Positions 7,966 to 18,836 of a stretch of 64,000 bases of DNA are shown in pieces. Both the position numbers and the translations under genes were made by a program. Under the pieces are notes generated by a model. It was not told the DNA's origin and ran no database searches. It saw nothing but the letters and a program-made list of their open reading frames with translations. Position 1 is the stretch's first letter. Each line of letters opens with the position of its first letter. The DNA is taken from positions 124,001 to 188,000 of the IMG/VR virus record IMGVR_UViG_3300044796_000657, one strand, 5' to 3'.

Positions 7966-9290
7966 TAGCAGAATTTGCGGGAATCTTCGGACATACTCAA
8001 CCACTCAAATGAAAGATTTGCCCACTGGTTCAATAAATCATCCCACGTATTAGACTTAAGATCAATGTCAAATTTGTACTGAGGTAAATTATTGTTTCCC
8101 CTGAATAAAGATCGATCTAACTTATGTTCCGTCTCAACCTGTAATTCCCCATCCTTGAAAACAACAGTTGCATTCTTATCCTTGTATTCAACATCTTTGC
8201 CTTGTGATATTTGAGATTTCACCCACGCAGGCGCAACATCACGATGACATACTAGCGGTTTTGGTGCATCATTATTTGGGCCTCTGCAATTGCCTTCCGT
8301 ATTATACACACTCTCTGACTTCAAAGCAAACACACCTTTGTTGTATGACAAGATTAGCTTGACACCAAAGCATCTTGAAAACAATTCTTTGAGATTAAGT
8401 GTATCCCATAATTCATAATCCTGCTTGTCCAGCAATAACTTCTTGTCATCCTTATTCAAAAAGGCGTAATACTCTCTCCATGAATCTTTGAACAATAGAC
8501 AATATTTACCATTAACTTTGGTGTTGATTATTTCAACACTATAAGTTCTATCAGTATACGAATTGGCGTATTCGTGGATCTTGGCAAACCCGAAGAACTT
8601 TTTAAACTTGCCAGTTGTATCGATCTTGAAATCCTTAACCAATTCCAAATATCTCTCCAATCCTACCAAGTTAATCATTCGATGCGTTCTACTGTTGCCC
8701 TTATGAATGTCTTTAAGTGTCATGGACTTGGGGTTTACAATAAACCTTTTGTCAACTTCAAAACCTTCGTAGCAATAAACTTCGGTACCGTCATGGAACA
8801 CAACAGCCGGGCCGTTCTTATTATGGTATCCAGTATCATCAGTCATAACCGAAAGTGGCCGTTCAACAATATAACATGTTTTTTCAAATGTGACGCAAAA
8901 GAAACAAGAGTTCCAAACCGCTGTAACTAGTTTTGAAAATGGATATTCGTATCGATGCCCACCTTCTGAGTTATAAGTAGCATAATCCGGCATCAAATAA
9001 GGGCTAACTTTAAGACTTTCGCACTTATCACGGAATGTCGCATTGATAACATTTTGCATCCGCATATCTTTGGTTTGGGAACGTCGTCCTCCAAAGTGCG
9101 CAATATCATCAGCCCTATGAGCATCAAAACAATCATCACCCAAATCCATTGCGTCTGCTAGGTCTTGTGGCCCTTTAACATAAACATATTCTGGCTCTGG
9201 TTTTTTACAATATTCATACAATTCTTTCACGGCCTTTTTGGCGTCACTGAACCAAATGGGTTTTGTATTTTCAAACAAATCACTAAACAT
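7965..9290 (-). CDS. phage protein with DUF6745-like segment
   Basis: 441 aa; ERP...YHNKNGPAVVFHDGTEVYCYEG. Confidence 0.7.
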   Translation of the reverse strand: MFSDLFENTKPIWFSDAKKAVKELYEYCKKPEPEYVYVKGPQDLADAMDLGDDCFDAHRADDIAHFGGRRSQTKDMRMQNVINATFRDKCESLKVSPYLMPDYATYNSEGGHRYEYPFSKLVTAVWNSCFFCVTFEKTCYIVERPLSVMTDDTGYHNKNGPAVVFHDGTEVYCYEGFEVDKRFIVNPKSMTLKDIHKGNSRTHRMINLVGLERYLELVKDFKIDTTGKFKKFFGFAKIHEYANSYTDRTYSVEIINTKVNGKYCLLFKDSWREYYAFLNKDDKKLLLDKQDYELWDTLNLKELFSRCFGVKLILSYNKGVFALKSESVYNTEGNCRGPNNDAPKPLVCHRDVAPAWVKSQISQGKDVEYKDKNATVVFKDGELQVETEHKLDRSLFRGNNNLPQYKFDIDLKSNTWDDLLNQWANLSFEWLSMSEDSRKFC

Positions 9291-9300
9291 AATTCCCTCG

Positions 9301-10347
9301 TTAATATTTTAAAACTTTGCCATCATAATAAGACTCAATAGCTTCTATGATTTGACTTGGCTTGATATTCCACATACAAGTTGCCACATCGCAACCGTCC
9401 TTATCCTTCATTGGCAATTCACAACAACGCTTGTCTTTTTGATCGCCGTCATTCAACGGTACAACCCTGCTTCTCCAGCAAGCCTTCTCTTTACAGCACG
9501 GCAGCGTCCCGATGTTGCTGAACGTTTTTTGTGTATTGTACTGAGTCCAATTGGTAGGTTCTCTTGCACCATGCGTTACCACATAAGGCTTTTTATACGA
9601 AGCGAACATATGCTGGATACAGGTAATCGTTCCCAATCCGCCTTGAGCATGGTAACAAGCCTTCATCAATTGGCGAATATTGGTTTTACCTCTTAGATCA
9701 ACAACATCCAAGAGTGCGGGATGATTATGGAATTTTTTGTCTAGCAATCCAATTTGAGCAAAGGCCACCTTACCTTTGAAGTGGTCAACGACTTCTTGGA
9801 AGTAATGCGTTGGCCACCTCTTAATAGTATAGTCATTCTTCCAACCCGCATTGACAATCCAGTATTTTTTGATGCCGGTTAATTGTTCCACCAAACTCTT
9901 TTCATTCTTCTCTGTTTCATTCAAATATATGAACGGCTTATTGACATCTAATACCAAATCAATGTCAAATTGTGTTCTGAACCAATCGACATAACCCTCT
10001 AAAAAGTGAATCGGTCGTCCGTTGGTTTTGTTAACCAATGGGTATGTTGTCCAAAAGTGAATTACTTCTGGATCTTTGGGATTCAGTTTAGTGATATGGG
10101 GGTTATTTGCATAAATATCAGGATGAAAACAATTAATGTCGGTGAGGAATCTACCGGGATATTGCTGGTGTAGTGCTTCCAATGCTCCAGTCATAATCAA
10201 CAGATCGCCCGGACAAAGATTATTGTACAGAAGAATCTTGATTGGCTTGGGGTCATTATAAAGAGATTTGATACGAGTGGATACAAGCCCATCCATTGTG
10301 CGTTTCTTAACCTTATCCCACTGCTCTGCTTTCGCTTGTCCCATCAT
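9301..10347 (-). CDS. glycosyltransferase family 9-like protein
   Basis: PGDLL, KRWP, DLRGKTNIRQL and QHMFA motifs. Confidence 0.8.
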   Translation of the reverse strand: MMGQAKAEQWDKVKKRTMDGLVSTRIKSLYNDPKPIKILLYNNLCPGDLLIMTGALEALHQQYPGRFLTDINCFHPDIYANNPHITKLNPKDPEVIHFWTTYPLVNKTNGRPIHFLEGYVDWFRTQFDIDLVLDVNKPFIYLNETEKNEKSLVEQLTGIKKYWIVNAGWKNDYTIKRWPTHYFQEVVDHFKGKVAFAQIGLLDKKFHNHPALLDVVDLRGKTNIRQLMKACYHAQGGLGTITCIQHMFASYKKPYVVTHGAREPTNWTQYNTQKTFSNIGTLPCCKEKACWRSRVVPLNDGDQKDKRCCELPMKDKDGCDVATCMWNIKPSQIIEAIESYYDGKVLKY

Positions 10348-10405
10348 GTGTTGTTTTTAACCTGTGTGTTGTGCTAAATAACCTAGTCCCTCAGCGAGAA
10401 ATATT

Positions 10406-10618
10406 ATGGAACGAATTTGCGGTTGGTGCAGTCGAAGAATGGAAGGCGACAATATTGCTGTCGGTGAACCTATTCCCATGCAAGTTCAACAAACATTAGG
10501 CAAAGTAACGCATGGCATTTGCAAAGAATGCATGGAAAAGATGATGGCCGAGGTTCCCGCATCCAAGAATGTTGGTGGGGGTTTCCAAGATTATGCTAAT
10601 CAACGGGATCGGGGATAA
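10406..10618 (+). CDS. small Zn-finger protein
   Basis: CGWC...THGICKEC; CTAAATA upstream. Confidence 0.7.
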   Translation: MERICGWCSRRMEGDNIAVGEPIPMQVQQTLGKVTHGICKECMEKMMAEVPASKNVGGGFQDYANQRDRG

Positions 10619-11249
10619 TTCGTTTTGCTTTTTCATCTCTAATAATCGCCGCCAATTGTGGTGCTGTAACCCGATTAACATTAGCGTTGTAAATTTTCCG
10701 CAATTCCCCTACAGCCTCAACGCTTAATGTTGAATCGCTTTTCAGATTATTACAACAAGCGCACATCACCTGATAGTTCTTCTCTTGATCTTTTCCGCCT
10801 TTGGCGATTGGTTTGATGTGATCTTTCGTCATTAGCACTTCGGAGCCGCCATCTAATGCGTACAAATTGAAGTGGGGATAGTCGGCACCGGGAGCCAATT
10901 CCAGTGCCATAATCGATCCTACGACGTCACAAGAAACGCATTTGAGGTTTTTGGCGAAGAGATGGTATCGGTGGGAATTCATCTTAACTTGATAGGCTTT
11001 ATCGCCAACTCGAAATTCTTGACGATTACCGTTTTCAGTCACGAAAGGCAAAACCTCTTCAGGCCGAAAAATGCCCAATCGTTCTTGTTTTCTTGATATG
11101 ATTTCCGTAATGGAAACACCACGACGAATTGGTTTGTCGCCAAGAATGCTATCCAATTCGGCAATAGCGGCGGTTTTGCCAGCTTCGTAATCGGGTGCAA
11201 TGATGTCCCATATCAAATTTGCTGTAATTCTCAGTTTCATAAATTTCAA
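10596..11249 (-). CDS. HNH endonuclease
   Basis: CVSC, MTKDHIKPIAKGGKD..NYQVMCACCNNLK. Confidence 0.85.
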   Translation of the reverse strand: MKFMKLRITANLIWDIIAPDYEAGKTAAIAELDSILGDKPIRRGVSITEIISRKQERLGIFRPEEVLPFVTENGNRQEFRVGDKAYQVKMNSHRYHLFAKNLKCVSCDVVGSIMALELAPGADYPHFNLYALDGGSEVLMTKDHIKPIAKGGKDQEKNYQVMCACCNNLKSDSTLSVEAVGELRKIYNANVNRVTAPQLAAIIRDEKAKRIIPDPVD

Positions 11250-11252
11250 TTA

Positions 11253-11918
11253 TTAAAGTGGGGGGCCATTGGGGAAACCAGCACCGGGAAGATCAAAAGG
11301 ATTTGGAACAAACTTGTGAGGCATTCCATCGTCAAAATATTTACAGGCTTCTTCGATGGTTTTTGGTGCGATTTCCAGATTGAGCGAATAGAAAGCGAGT
11401 GGCCCGATGACTTCTTTTAACTTTTCGGGTTTAAATACCGAACGTTCCGCAAGTTTGACAACGTAATTTGTCCATGCTGTGGGATTTAGATCATTGGCGT
11501 CAATGCGACTTTCGCTCACCACAGTTTGGTACGCTCTGAGAATAACCGTTCTGTGGGTTATGTCGCCGGTTGGAAGCTCGCTGAGAACCTCATGGAGCAT
11601 CCAACTGTACAGGCATTCCATAGCCCCATTGAACCATTGGGAGTTGGGATGAGGAGCGGCACCACGTTCTAAGGCACGATCCAAAGCGAGATGAAGTGCG
11701 ACAATTTTTCCCAAACTACTTAACTTGTGAAACACACCGTCCCCTTGGATGGTTGTTCCTTCATAGTGGAAATTGTTTCTCTCAGCGTGATCTTGGCTAC
11801 GAAGAACCTTAATTAAACGAGGAGCGAAATGCCGAAACATCCGCTCTTCGTTTCCCGAAACCGTAATTGCGCCAACTGGTGAACTAAACATAGGCTTCTC
11901 ACAAGTGTTGAGAAGCAT
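11253..11918 (-). CDS. hypothetical protein
   Basis: 221 aa ORF. Confidence 0.7.
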   Translation of the reverse strand: MLLNTCEKPMFSSPVGAITVSGNEERMFRHFAPRLIKVLRSQDHAERNNFHYEGTTIQGDGVFHKLSSLGKIVALHLALDRALERGAAPHPNSQWFNGAMECLYSWMLHEVLSELPTGDITHRTVILRAYQTVVSESRIDANDLNPTAWTNYVVKLAERSVFKPEKLKEVIGPLAFYSLNLEIAPKTIEEACKYFDDGMPHKFVPNPFDLPGAGFPNGPPL

Positions 11919-11938
11919 TATATCTCATTCGCTAGAGC

Positions 11939-13012
11939 TTATCTACACGAATTTAGGAACTTTACCCCTTCTTGCGTAATCATTTGGCGATTGTTTACCG
12001 ACACGTAAGCCGGATGCCGTTCCGAACTTAACAAAGTCGGCAATACGTCATTTTCCCATTCTTCTACCGCAATACCAATTTGAGAACACAGGTTTTTCTT
12101 GGAATAGCCCTTATCTTTGGCTTCGTTCAAGATACGCAAAGCCTTCATGCCAATAGAAGAAACCCCCCCTTCTTGAATGCCTTCACGTTTTCGCACGATT
12201 TCCACTGCTTCATTCAAAGTTAACTTGCTTCGGCGATTACGGGTGAGGTTCACAGTTTCGGCAAACTGTATGGCTTCCCGTGGAACTGGCAACAAACCCG
12301 CAATTTTATCGCAAACTTCCTTCGGAAACACCCCGAAATTCAACTTAATAATTTGCGACACTTCCGCCAAAGTATGCCGTTCCAACTGGATAGCAAGGAA
12401 CCGAGTACGGAAAGCCGAGAGCAAATCTCCTCCGTTAGTAGTGCCAAGGATGAAGCAAATCTCCTTACAATTCACTTCTTTCCCTTCCAATATCAGAATG
12501 CCGTCTTTGGCTTCCGTGACTTTAAGTAAAGCGTCTTGTAAGGCGCCAGAAAGGCGGTGAGCCTCATCAATGAAAACGATGGTTGGCGGGGCTTCGTACA
12601 ATTCAATGTCGCCCCGTGTCCCTATCGGATCAAAAACCAAATCCTTGGCGGCATAGGTATTGGCCAGAAGCTCAAAGAGTTGTTCAGTGTTTTTGAGGCT
12701 AGGGCCGTCTGTGCCAACATACGGCAACCGCATCAGATTGGCAAACATTTTGGCGAGAGTAGTTTTGCCGCATGATGGCGGGCCTTGTAGGCGAATTCGT
12801 TTCTGGCAAGAACGGTTGGTGACCTCTTGACCGTTGAATTCGCCCGGATTAATATTGAGGGAATTCCACGCAATATCAATGATCGTTTCCAAGGCGTCGG
12901 AATTTCCTACATATCCGTAAAATGGGCACTCTGGGTCTTTGGGATCGCAAAGTTTCTTCATTTCTGGCTCGGAAAGAACCCGAAATAACAGATGTTCTTG
13001 TTCTGCCATCAT
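11939..13012 (-). CDS. ruvB: RuvB-like AAA+ ATPase (Holliday junction branch migration)
   Basis: GPPSCGKTT, FIDEAHRL, GTTNGGDLLSAFRTRF, VPREA; C-terminal winged helix with ITQEG. Confidence 0.75.
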   Translation of the reverse strand: MMAEQEHLLFRVLSEPEMKKLCDPKDPECPFYGYVGNSDALETIIDIAWNSLNINPGEFNGQEVTNRSCQKRIRLQGPPSCGKTTLAKMFANLMRLPYVGTDGPSLKNTEQLFELLANTYAAKDLVFDPIGTRGDIELYEAPPTIVFIDEAHRLSGALQDALLKVTEAKDGILILEGKEVNCKEICFILGTTNGGDLLSAFRTRFLAIQLERHTLAEVSQIIKLNFGVFPKEVCDKIAGLLPVPREAIQFAETVNLTRNRRSKLTLNEAVEIVRKREGIQEGGVSSIGMKALRILNEAKDKGYSKKNLCSQIGIAVEEWENDVLPTLLSSERHPAYVSVNNRQMITQEGVKFLNSCR

Positions 13013-13036
13013 AACGCCCTCCAGTTCTACCAAGGG

Positions 13037-13050
13037 GGGTGTATGGTCAC
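13037..13050 (-). repeat. 14-bp junction element, copy 6
   Basis: exact; between promoter and SD of the RuvB-like gene. Confidence 0.95.
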
Positions 13051-13059
13051 TAACTCCGA

Positions 13060-13088
13060 ATTGTAGTGTATTCTGGCGGTTCTGTCAA
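13060..13088 (-). promoter_or_regulatory. sigma70-type promoter TTGACA-N17-TACAAT
   Basis: consensus boxes 9 nt upstream of motif copy 6. Confidence 0.8.
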
Positions 13089-13092
13089 GACA

Positions 13093-13422
13093 TTATTTGT
13101 CGATATTTTCACCATTAACCTGAATGCCGCTATTTTGCAATTCTTTAATGAAGGCTATCAAATTTGGCACAAACTTAATTGTAAAGTGCTGACCAATCAA
13201 AGCAAGCGGATCTTCAACCCGTTGTTGCGATTGCGGTCGAGGTGGCGACGACGAAAAGAACTCCCCGCTCGGCAATTGCTGAAACCCCGACGAATCAAAA
13301 GCACTTAGATTCCTGCTGGATGGAAGAAAGAGCGAGGATTGTTTGCCGGGAAGTTGCAGTCGATTGTGCCTTATGCTACACCCAGAGGAACTGCATTTGT
13401 TAAATCGCCACTGTTCTCGCAT
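13093..13422 (-). CDS. hypothetical protein
   Basis: 109 aa ORF; start uncertain. Confidence 0.45.
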   Translation of the reverse strand: MREQWRFNKCSSSGCSIRHNRLQLPGKQSSLFLPSSRNLSAFDSSGFQQLPSGEFFSSSPPRPQSQQRVEDPLALIGQHFTIKFVPNLIAFIKELQNSGIQVNGENIDK

Positions 13423-13568
13423 GGCCGTATTTAGCCAAAATTACATAAATATGCGAAGATGGTTTTTGGGCCGGAAACTATATTAGTGGTTGAGAGGCAG
13501 TATTCGGAAAATCAACCATTTCGGGAATATATAAGGCACCGGGCGCAGGTATAGAGGAAAGAAACGTA

Positions 13569-15569
13569 ATGTCACATGAAAAAGATGTCCGTGAATTGAA
13601 GTTAAATATTGTTGCAGGTGAAGGTCTAGCCGATTTGCGAACCAAAGATGTCGGGCAAGATGGCATGAAATTGCACAAGAAGAAACATCATCACCACAAC
13701 GACAGTTCGGGAAACTCTTCCGGATCTGGCGACTCGTCAAATTCGTCCGGCTCTGAAAACAATTCTTCGGAATCATCCGGTTCTGGTTCTGGGGATGCAA
13801 CTTCACAATCAAGCGGCTCTGCTGAAAGTGTTGCTTCAAGCGGAAACAGTCGATCAAATGACTCATCAGGTTCTTCTAATTCGGGTTCAGGTTCGGGGGA
13901 ATCTCATTCTGGTTCAGGGGACTCCAGCGGAAGCAACGCCTCTAAATCATCAGGTTCGGAATCCATCACATCTTCGCAATCGTCTGGGTCAAGTGGATCG
14001 TCCGGCGTATCTTTCTCCGAAGAAAGTTCAGCGGGTCGTGATAACCGCAACAAGGATACAGGGGAAGAGCATAAAGGAAGAATGATGAAAAACCGCAATG
14101 TCATCAACGAAGTTGTTGATGGAAAGGTTTTTCATGAATTCAAGGATTATGTGGCGGAAGTTAACAATCAAACTGCCGATGTAAAAAGTAACCCACATCA
14201 AAATGTAGGTGGAAATATCCCTACACCTAAAAAGTTCCACAAAGCAGCTATGAAAGCCAAAATGGGCAAAGTGGCGATGATGGGTGCCGCTATGATGGGC
14301 AACAATTGTGTTAAACAACAAGGGTTGATTGGTCGCTTATCTACTCACGTTCAAACCCGTGAAAAAGTTGGTGAAAAATCTCCTTCATTACAAGATGCAA
14401 AAGAATTGCTTTTGATCCTCCAAGTTCGTTATGCCAATAATTGTCAAGGCAATGGCATGATGATGAATAAAGGATCGTCATCGTCGTCAGATTCAGGCAT
14501 GAGCAACATGATGATGACGGGGAAAAAAGGCATGAATGGCATGATGATGATGGGTGGCGGCGGGCCGGGTGGTCCAGGGCCGGGGCCGGGCATGAGTGGA
14601 GGGCCGGGTATGGGTGGCGGGGGTCAAAGCAATCCTAATATGATGAAGATGAAGAAAAAAATGATGATGACGCCAATGATGAAAATGATGACGCCTGCGA
14701 TGATGACGAAAATGAAACAAACGATGATGATGATGACGAAAATGAAATCTAAGAAGATGAAATCTCAAAAGAAATCAAAATCAAAGAATTCAAAACCAAA
14801 ATCTCAAAAATCTAAATCACAATCGAAACCGAAATCAGGTGGTGGGCCGGGCGGGCCGGGCAGTCACGGTATGGGGCCAAAAATCACAGGAAGTAGCAGT
14901 AGCGACAACTCCTCATTTGTGCCGTTTTCTAGTTCAGCACAATCAAGTGCAAATGGCAGCTTGAGAGCAAGACTACAAAAGCGAAAAAACAACAGATACC
15001 ATGTATCAACCAGCAAAAGAGCAATTATCGCCGATGAGTTAAAACTTAACAAAGAAGAAGAATTGCCGATTTTTGATGTGGCAGGTGATAAGCCCAACAC
15101 ACCTAGCTTGAGCTGGTGGTGGCCAAGTCCTCCTGAAATCATTAACAGAATGTTCACAATGGCAAATCTCAAAGAAGGCGAAACCGTCTTTGACTTAGGC
15201 TGTGGTGATGGTCGTATTCCGGTTCAAGCAGCAACCAAATGGGGCTGCACAGGTGTTGGAGTTGACTTTGATGAAAACCTTTGCCGTCAAGCGAAAAAGC
15301 GGGCCATTAGATTGAAAGTTGAAGATAAGGTTGAAATCAGACACGGCGATGCATTAAAAGTTAATGATATTGAACGTGCTGATGTTGTGACGCTATATAT
15401 TCTTGATAGAGGCATGAGACTTATCAAACCTATTCTTCAATCCAAGTTGAAGAAGGGTGCGAGAATTGTTTCTCACAACTATAAATTCAAAAATTGGGAG
15501 CCAGTCAAAGAAGTGGTTGCCACTGATAAAGAAGGTCATAAGCACTGGATTTATCTCTACGTGGTTTAA
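13569..15569 (+). CDS. Ser/Gly- and Lys/Met-rich low-complexity protein with C-terminal class I SAM methyltransferase (protein-lysine MTase-like)
   Basis: VFDLGCGDGRI, GVDFD, ADVVTLY and GARIVSHNY in the last ~160 aa. Confidence 0.85.
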   Translation: MSHEKDVRELKLNIVAGEGLADLRTKDVGQDGMKLHKKKHHHHNDSSGNSSGSGDSSNSSGSENNSSESSGSGSGDATSQSSGSAESVASSGNSRSNDSSGSSNSGSGSGESHSGSGDSSGSNASKSSGSESITSSQSSGSSGSSGVSFSEESSAGRDNRNKDTGEEHKGRMMKNRNVINEVVDGKVFHEFKDYVAEVNNQTADVKSNPHQNVGGNIPTPKKFHKAAMKAKMGKVAMMGAAMMGNNCVKQQGLIGRLSTHVQTREKVGEKSPSLQDAKELLLILQVRYANNCQGNGMMMNKGSSSSSDSGMSNMMMTGKKGMNGMMMMGGGGPGGPGPGPGMSGGPGMGGGGQSNPNMMKMKKKMMMTPMMKMMTPAMMTKMKQTMMMMTKMKSKKMKSQKKSKSKNSKPKSQKSKSQSKPKSGGGPGGPGSHGMGPKITGSSSSDNSSFVPFSSSAQSSANGSLRARLQKRKNNRYHVSTSKRAIIADELKLNKEEELPIFDVAGDKPNTPSLSWWWPSPPEIINRMFTMANLKEGETVFDLGCGDGRIPVQAATKWGCTGVGVDFDENLCRQAKKRAIRLKVEDKVEIRHGDALKVNDIERADVVTLYILDRGMRLIKPILQSKLKKGARIVSHNYKFKNWEPVKEVVATDKEGHKHWIYLYVV

Positions 15570-15583
15570 CCCAAAGGAAACAT

Positions 15584-16507
15584 ATGTCAAATAACGAAAA
15601 TGATCTGATCCCGCAAAACGCTGAACATGTCGGCCAGAATATTCCTACGCCCAAAAAGGAGAAAATGACCACCAAAAAAGGCAAGATGAAGGCCAAGATG
15701 GGAAAGGGTAAAAAAGCTCACATGAAAGCCAAGATGGGAAAAGGAAAGAAAGCTCACATGATGAGCAAAGCCCATATGGCTAAGATGGCTAAGAAAAAGA
15801 TGAAGGCCAAAATGCAGAAGCCTCAAATGAAGGCTAAGATGAAGATGAAGGCCAAAATGAAAAAGGCCAAGATGATGATGACGGGTATGACGGGCGGCAT
15901 GTCGATGGCCCAAATGAAATCAAAAATGAAGTCTCAGATGAAGTCAAAGATGAAATCATCTAAGACTCCAAAAATGAAATCATCGAAACAACCAAAGTCA
16001 ATGGGCCAATCACAACAAAGTGGGCCGGGTCCAGGACCAGGTCCAGGGCCGGGGCCGGGTGGTGGCGGATCGGGTAACCAATCTAAGAAATCTAAATCGA
16101 AATCAAAGATGATGGGATCATCGGCTTCCGGTATGATGTCTAAGATGAAAAATTCGAAGTCAACGAAATCTAAGCCTAAATCACAATCACAATCACAATC
16201 TAAGCCACAATCTACAAAATCCCAACCGGACTTCTGTAAGAATACAAGATTGAAATTGGATACTTTACTTCAAAGAATTGATAGACTGCAAGTTTTAGGC
16301 GATACTGAAAACCTAACTTGGAGCAAACGACTATACAGAATCATGGAAGATCGTTATGCACAATTCTGCAAGTCCAGTAGTAGTGCTTCAACAGGTAGTT
16401 TAACTAGTAGTGTAATTAGCAGTGCGGTCAGTAGTGCGGCTGGCAGCAGTAGTCAAGCCAATGGTAGCTTGAGAGCTAGATTGAAAAAACGTTGGAAAAA
16501 TCGTTAA
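15584..16507 (+). CDS. Lys/Met-rich low-complexity protein, paralogue of the N-terminal part of 13569-15569
   Basis: shared NIPTPKK, KAKMGK, GPGPG, RYAxxC and ANGSLRARL. Confidence 0.8.
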   Translation: MSNNENDLIPQNAEHVGQNIPTPKKEKMTTKKGKMKAKMGKGKKAHMKAKMGKGKKAHMMSKAHMAKMAKKKMKAKMQKPQMKAKMKMKAKMKKAKMMMTGMTGGMSMAQMKSKMKSQMKSKMKSSKTPKMKSSKQPKSMGQSQQSGPGPGPGPGPGPGGGGSGNQSKKSKSKSKMMGSSASGMMSKMKNSKSTKSKPKSQSQSQSKPQSTKSQPDFCKNTRLKLDTLLQRIDRLQVLGDTENLTWSKRLYRIMEDRYAQFCKSSSSASTGSLTSSVISSAVSSAAGSSSQANGSLRARLKKRWKNR

Positions 16508-16510
16508 ACT

Positions 16511-16539
16511 AAAAAGCCCGGCAATTGCCGGGCTTTTTT
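16511..16539. terminator. bidirectional terminator, GCCCGGC family
   Basis: aaaaagcccggc-aatt-gccgggcttttt between convergent genes. Confidence 0.85.
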
Positions 16540-17384
16540 CATTTCAACAATTTGAGAGCATCAACATCATTTGTCGCAACATTATACAATGGCGTATATG
16601 TTGAGTTTAGACATTCTTCAACAGCCGTAATAGGGAAATTAACCTTTAACCCGATGGCATAACTGTGTACACCAGTATTGGCTGGTTCTACCTTTTGATG
16701 AGTTTCACAGATACTAGGATTGCCATTGTGTCTCTTAAACCACCACTTCAAAGCAATAGAATGGATTAAATCCAAATTCATACCGGAACCACTTCCGCCA
16801 TATGCGCCATGTAAACCCGTGGTACTCAAATAACTAACATTGTGATTCCAATTATAAACAAACTTGGACATGACATAGTGAAGTACTTGATAGAAATCCA
16901 CTTCTGGTAATGTTTCTATTAATCTCAAGGCGGTATAAACCAAAGGTGCATTAGACTGAACAAAACGATAACAACACAGACCCGAATAAACCCGATGACG
17001 GTTTTCACCTGTACCGGGGATATGAGCCATCGGCCCCTTCTTATCAATGTAATATCGTGATGATTCCGGCATCAAACCGTTAACTTTACACAAATCCATC
17101 CAGCGAATATAATCCTCATCGGAAATCAAAAACTGCACATTAGGATGACAGTTAAAGACCCCGCTGGTGATATATTTCATGCTCCCCATATAACAAGGTG
17201 CGTTAGTGACAAGTGCCGTTTCTTTAACTTCGTGACCTACAATATCCGATACGGTGTAAGTCACATAATCGTAATGATAACTAGATATGATATGAGGCGG
17301 CAAGTCAATCAATTCCTTGTCAGATATTTTTGGCCTCGAATGTACTGGTATAACTGGCGGCATCAAGAGTTGGTTGTGGTACAT
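16539..17384 (-). CDS. hypothetical protein
   Basis: 281 aa ORF. Confidence 0.7.
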   Translation of the reverse strand: MYHNQLLMPPVIPVHSRPKISDKELIDLPPHIISSYHYDYVTYTVSDIVGHEVKETALVTNAPCYMGSMKYITSGVFNCHPNVQFLISDEDYIRWMDLCKVNGLMPESSRYYIDKKGPMAHIPGTGENRHRVYSGLCCYRFVQSNAPLVYTALRLIETLPEVDFYQVLHYVMSKFVYNWNHNVSYLSTTGLHGAYGGSGSGMNLDLIHSIALKWWFKRHNGNPSICETHQKVEPANTGVHSYAIGLKVNFPITAVEECLNSTYTPLYNVATNDVDALKLLK

Positions 17385-17929
17385 CGCAATTCCGTTATCA
17401 GTAATTGAAGATCGTTCGAAACTAATTCTTTAGCACTTTCATTTTTCATTAACTGAGCTGGATGATAAGTACAAAGAACTCGTTTGTCCATATAAAAATG
17501 CCAAAAACCTCTAGCATTATCCACATCCATACCAATCAAGGCAGTAGATGCGACACTTCCCAAACAAACAATGAATTGAGGGTTCACAATGGAAATTTGC
17601 TTTTCCAAATGACTCAAGCAACTATGAACTTCATTTAAATCCGGCAACCGATTGAGCGGAGGGCGACATTTGATGACATTGGTAATGTAAACAGATTCTC
17701 TTGTCAAGCCGCATTTGACAATCATGGCAGTTAATAAAGCATTTGTCTTTCCAATGAATGGCAAACCCTCTTTATCATCATCAATATTCGGTGCTTCGCC
17801 GACAAACATCACCTTGGCATTTGGACTGCCGGTACCAAATACTGGATATGTCCTAAATTGACATAGAGTACATTTGCGACATCGCTCAACTGTCTCTGAT
17901 AATTCCAGTAAGTCAATCACTTTCATCAT
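17363..17929 (-). CDS. udg: uracil-DNA glycosylase family 4
   Basis: CRKCTLC, VGEAP, PFIG, KCRPP and TYHPA. Confidence 0.93.
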   Translation of the reverse strand: MMKVIDLLELSETVERCRKCTLCQFRTYPVFGTGSPNAKVMFVGEAPNIDDDKEGLPFIGKTNALLTAMIVKCGLTRESVYITNVIKCRPPLNRLPDLNEVHSCLSHLEKQISIVNPQFIVCLGSVASTALIGMDVDNARGFWHFYMDKRVLCTYHPAQLMKNESAKELVSNDLQLLITELRCTTTNS

Positions 17930-18363
17930 CAACTCACCTTTGGCCAAATGATTGTTTCTCCGCCCGGACATAACACAATGCCCGCTGCCATAAGCTGTTT
18001 ATCAATCTTCATGACAGTCAAAGAGTCTTTTTTGCCTGATGCATCATATCGCAAATCCAACAATGTTGAAATCAACTTGTCAACGGTTGGATCGGTACTG
18101 AAACTCACTGGTCGTAAAATCTGCACACTTACAGACTTACCCGATCTTGCGGCGAGTTGTTCAATTTCTTGTGAGTTTCTTTCGGGAAAATCCACTTCGG
18201 CAAAACCTGATACGATCTTTGCTCGAAGAGTTCCCTGTGACAACGAACGAATAATACCCTCATTCGGAAGATTGACATCCTGTGTATAAGTATACCAAAT
18301 TTCACGGTTGGGGCTATTAACGTTGAGGCTGAGTTTCATAGCTACACGATTTTTGGAAGCCAT
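17929..18363 (-). CDS. hypothetical protein
   Basis: 144 aa ORF in operon. Confidence 0.6.
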   Translation of the reverse strand: MASKNRVAMKLSLNVNSPNREIWYTYTQDVNLPNEGIIRSLSQGTLRAKIVSGFAEVDFPERNSQEIEQLAARSGKSVSVQILRPVSFSTDPTVDKLISTLLDLRYDASGKKDSLTVMKIDKQLMAAGIVLCPGGETIIWPKVS

Positions 18364-18836
18364 TTGGATAGATTGGCATCTTGCTCTCTGACAAGATTTG
18401 CCAAATCGGTTCGATACTCCTGTAGTTTAACAAGAATTTCTTTATTATCCAATGCCAAAATTTGTAAAGCCAATAGCGCCGCATTTTCGCCAGCATCCAC
18501 ACCAACCGTTGCGACAGGCACACCCTTGGGCATTTGACTTGTACTCAACAAACTGTCTAGTCCCATTAGCGATGTACTCAACGGTACACCGATCACAGGC
18601 TTGAGAGTGTGAGAAGCCACAACGCCCGCTAAGTGGGCTGCTTTGCCCGCTGCGCAAACGTACACACGGCATCCTTTGACTTCACAATGCTTGACATACT
18701 CCAAAAGATCAACAGGGCTGCGATGCGCACTCAATATGTGAGCATCGAATTCAACTCCAAATCTCTTGAAGATTTCGCAAATTTCTTTCACCGTAGCGAA
18801 ATCGGCATTACTTCCCGACAGGACTGTCACTAACAT
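18342..18836 (-). CDS. purE: N5-carboxyaminoimidazole ribonucleotide mutase
   Basis: GSNAD, SAHRSP, AGKAAHLAG and QMPKGVPVATV; true start MLVTVLSG. Confidence 0.95.
   Translation of the reverse strand: MLVTVLSGSNADFATVKEICEIFKRFGVEFDAHILSAHRSPVDLLEYVKHCEVKGCRVYVCAAGKAAHLAGVVASHTLKPVIGVPLSTSLMGLDSLLSTSQMPKGVPVATVGVDAGENAALLALQILALDNKEILVKLQEYRTDLANLVREQDANLSKWLPKIV

Noticed and set aside
14493-15913. His-rich minus-strand ORFs
   Set aside because: Reverse-complement artefacts of ATG-rich Met/Lys tracts.
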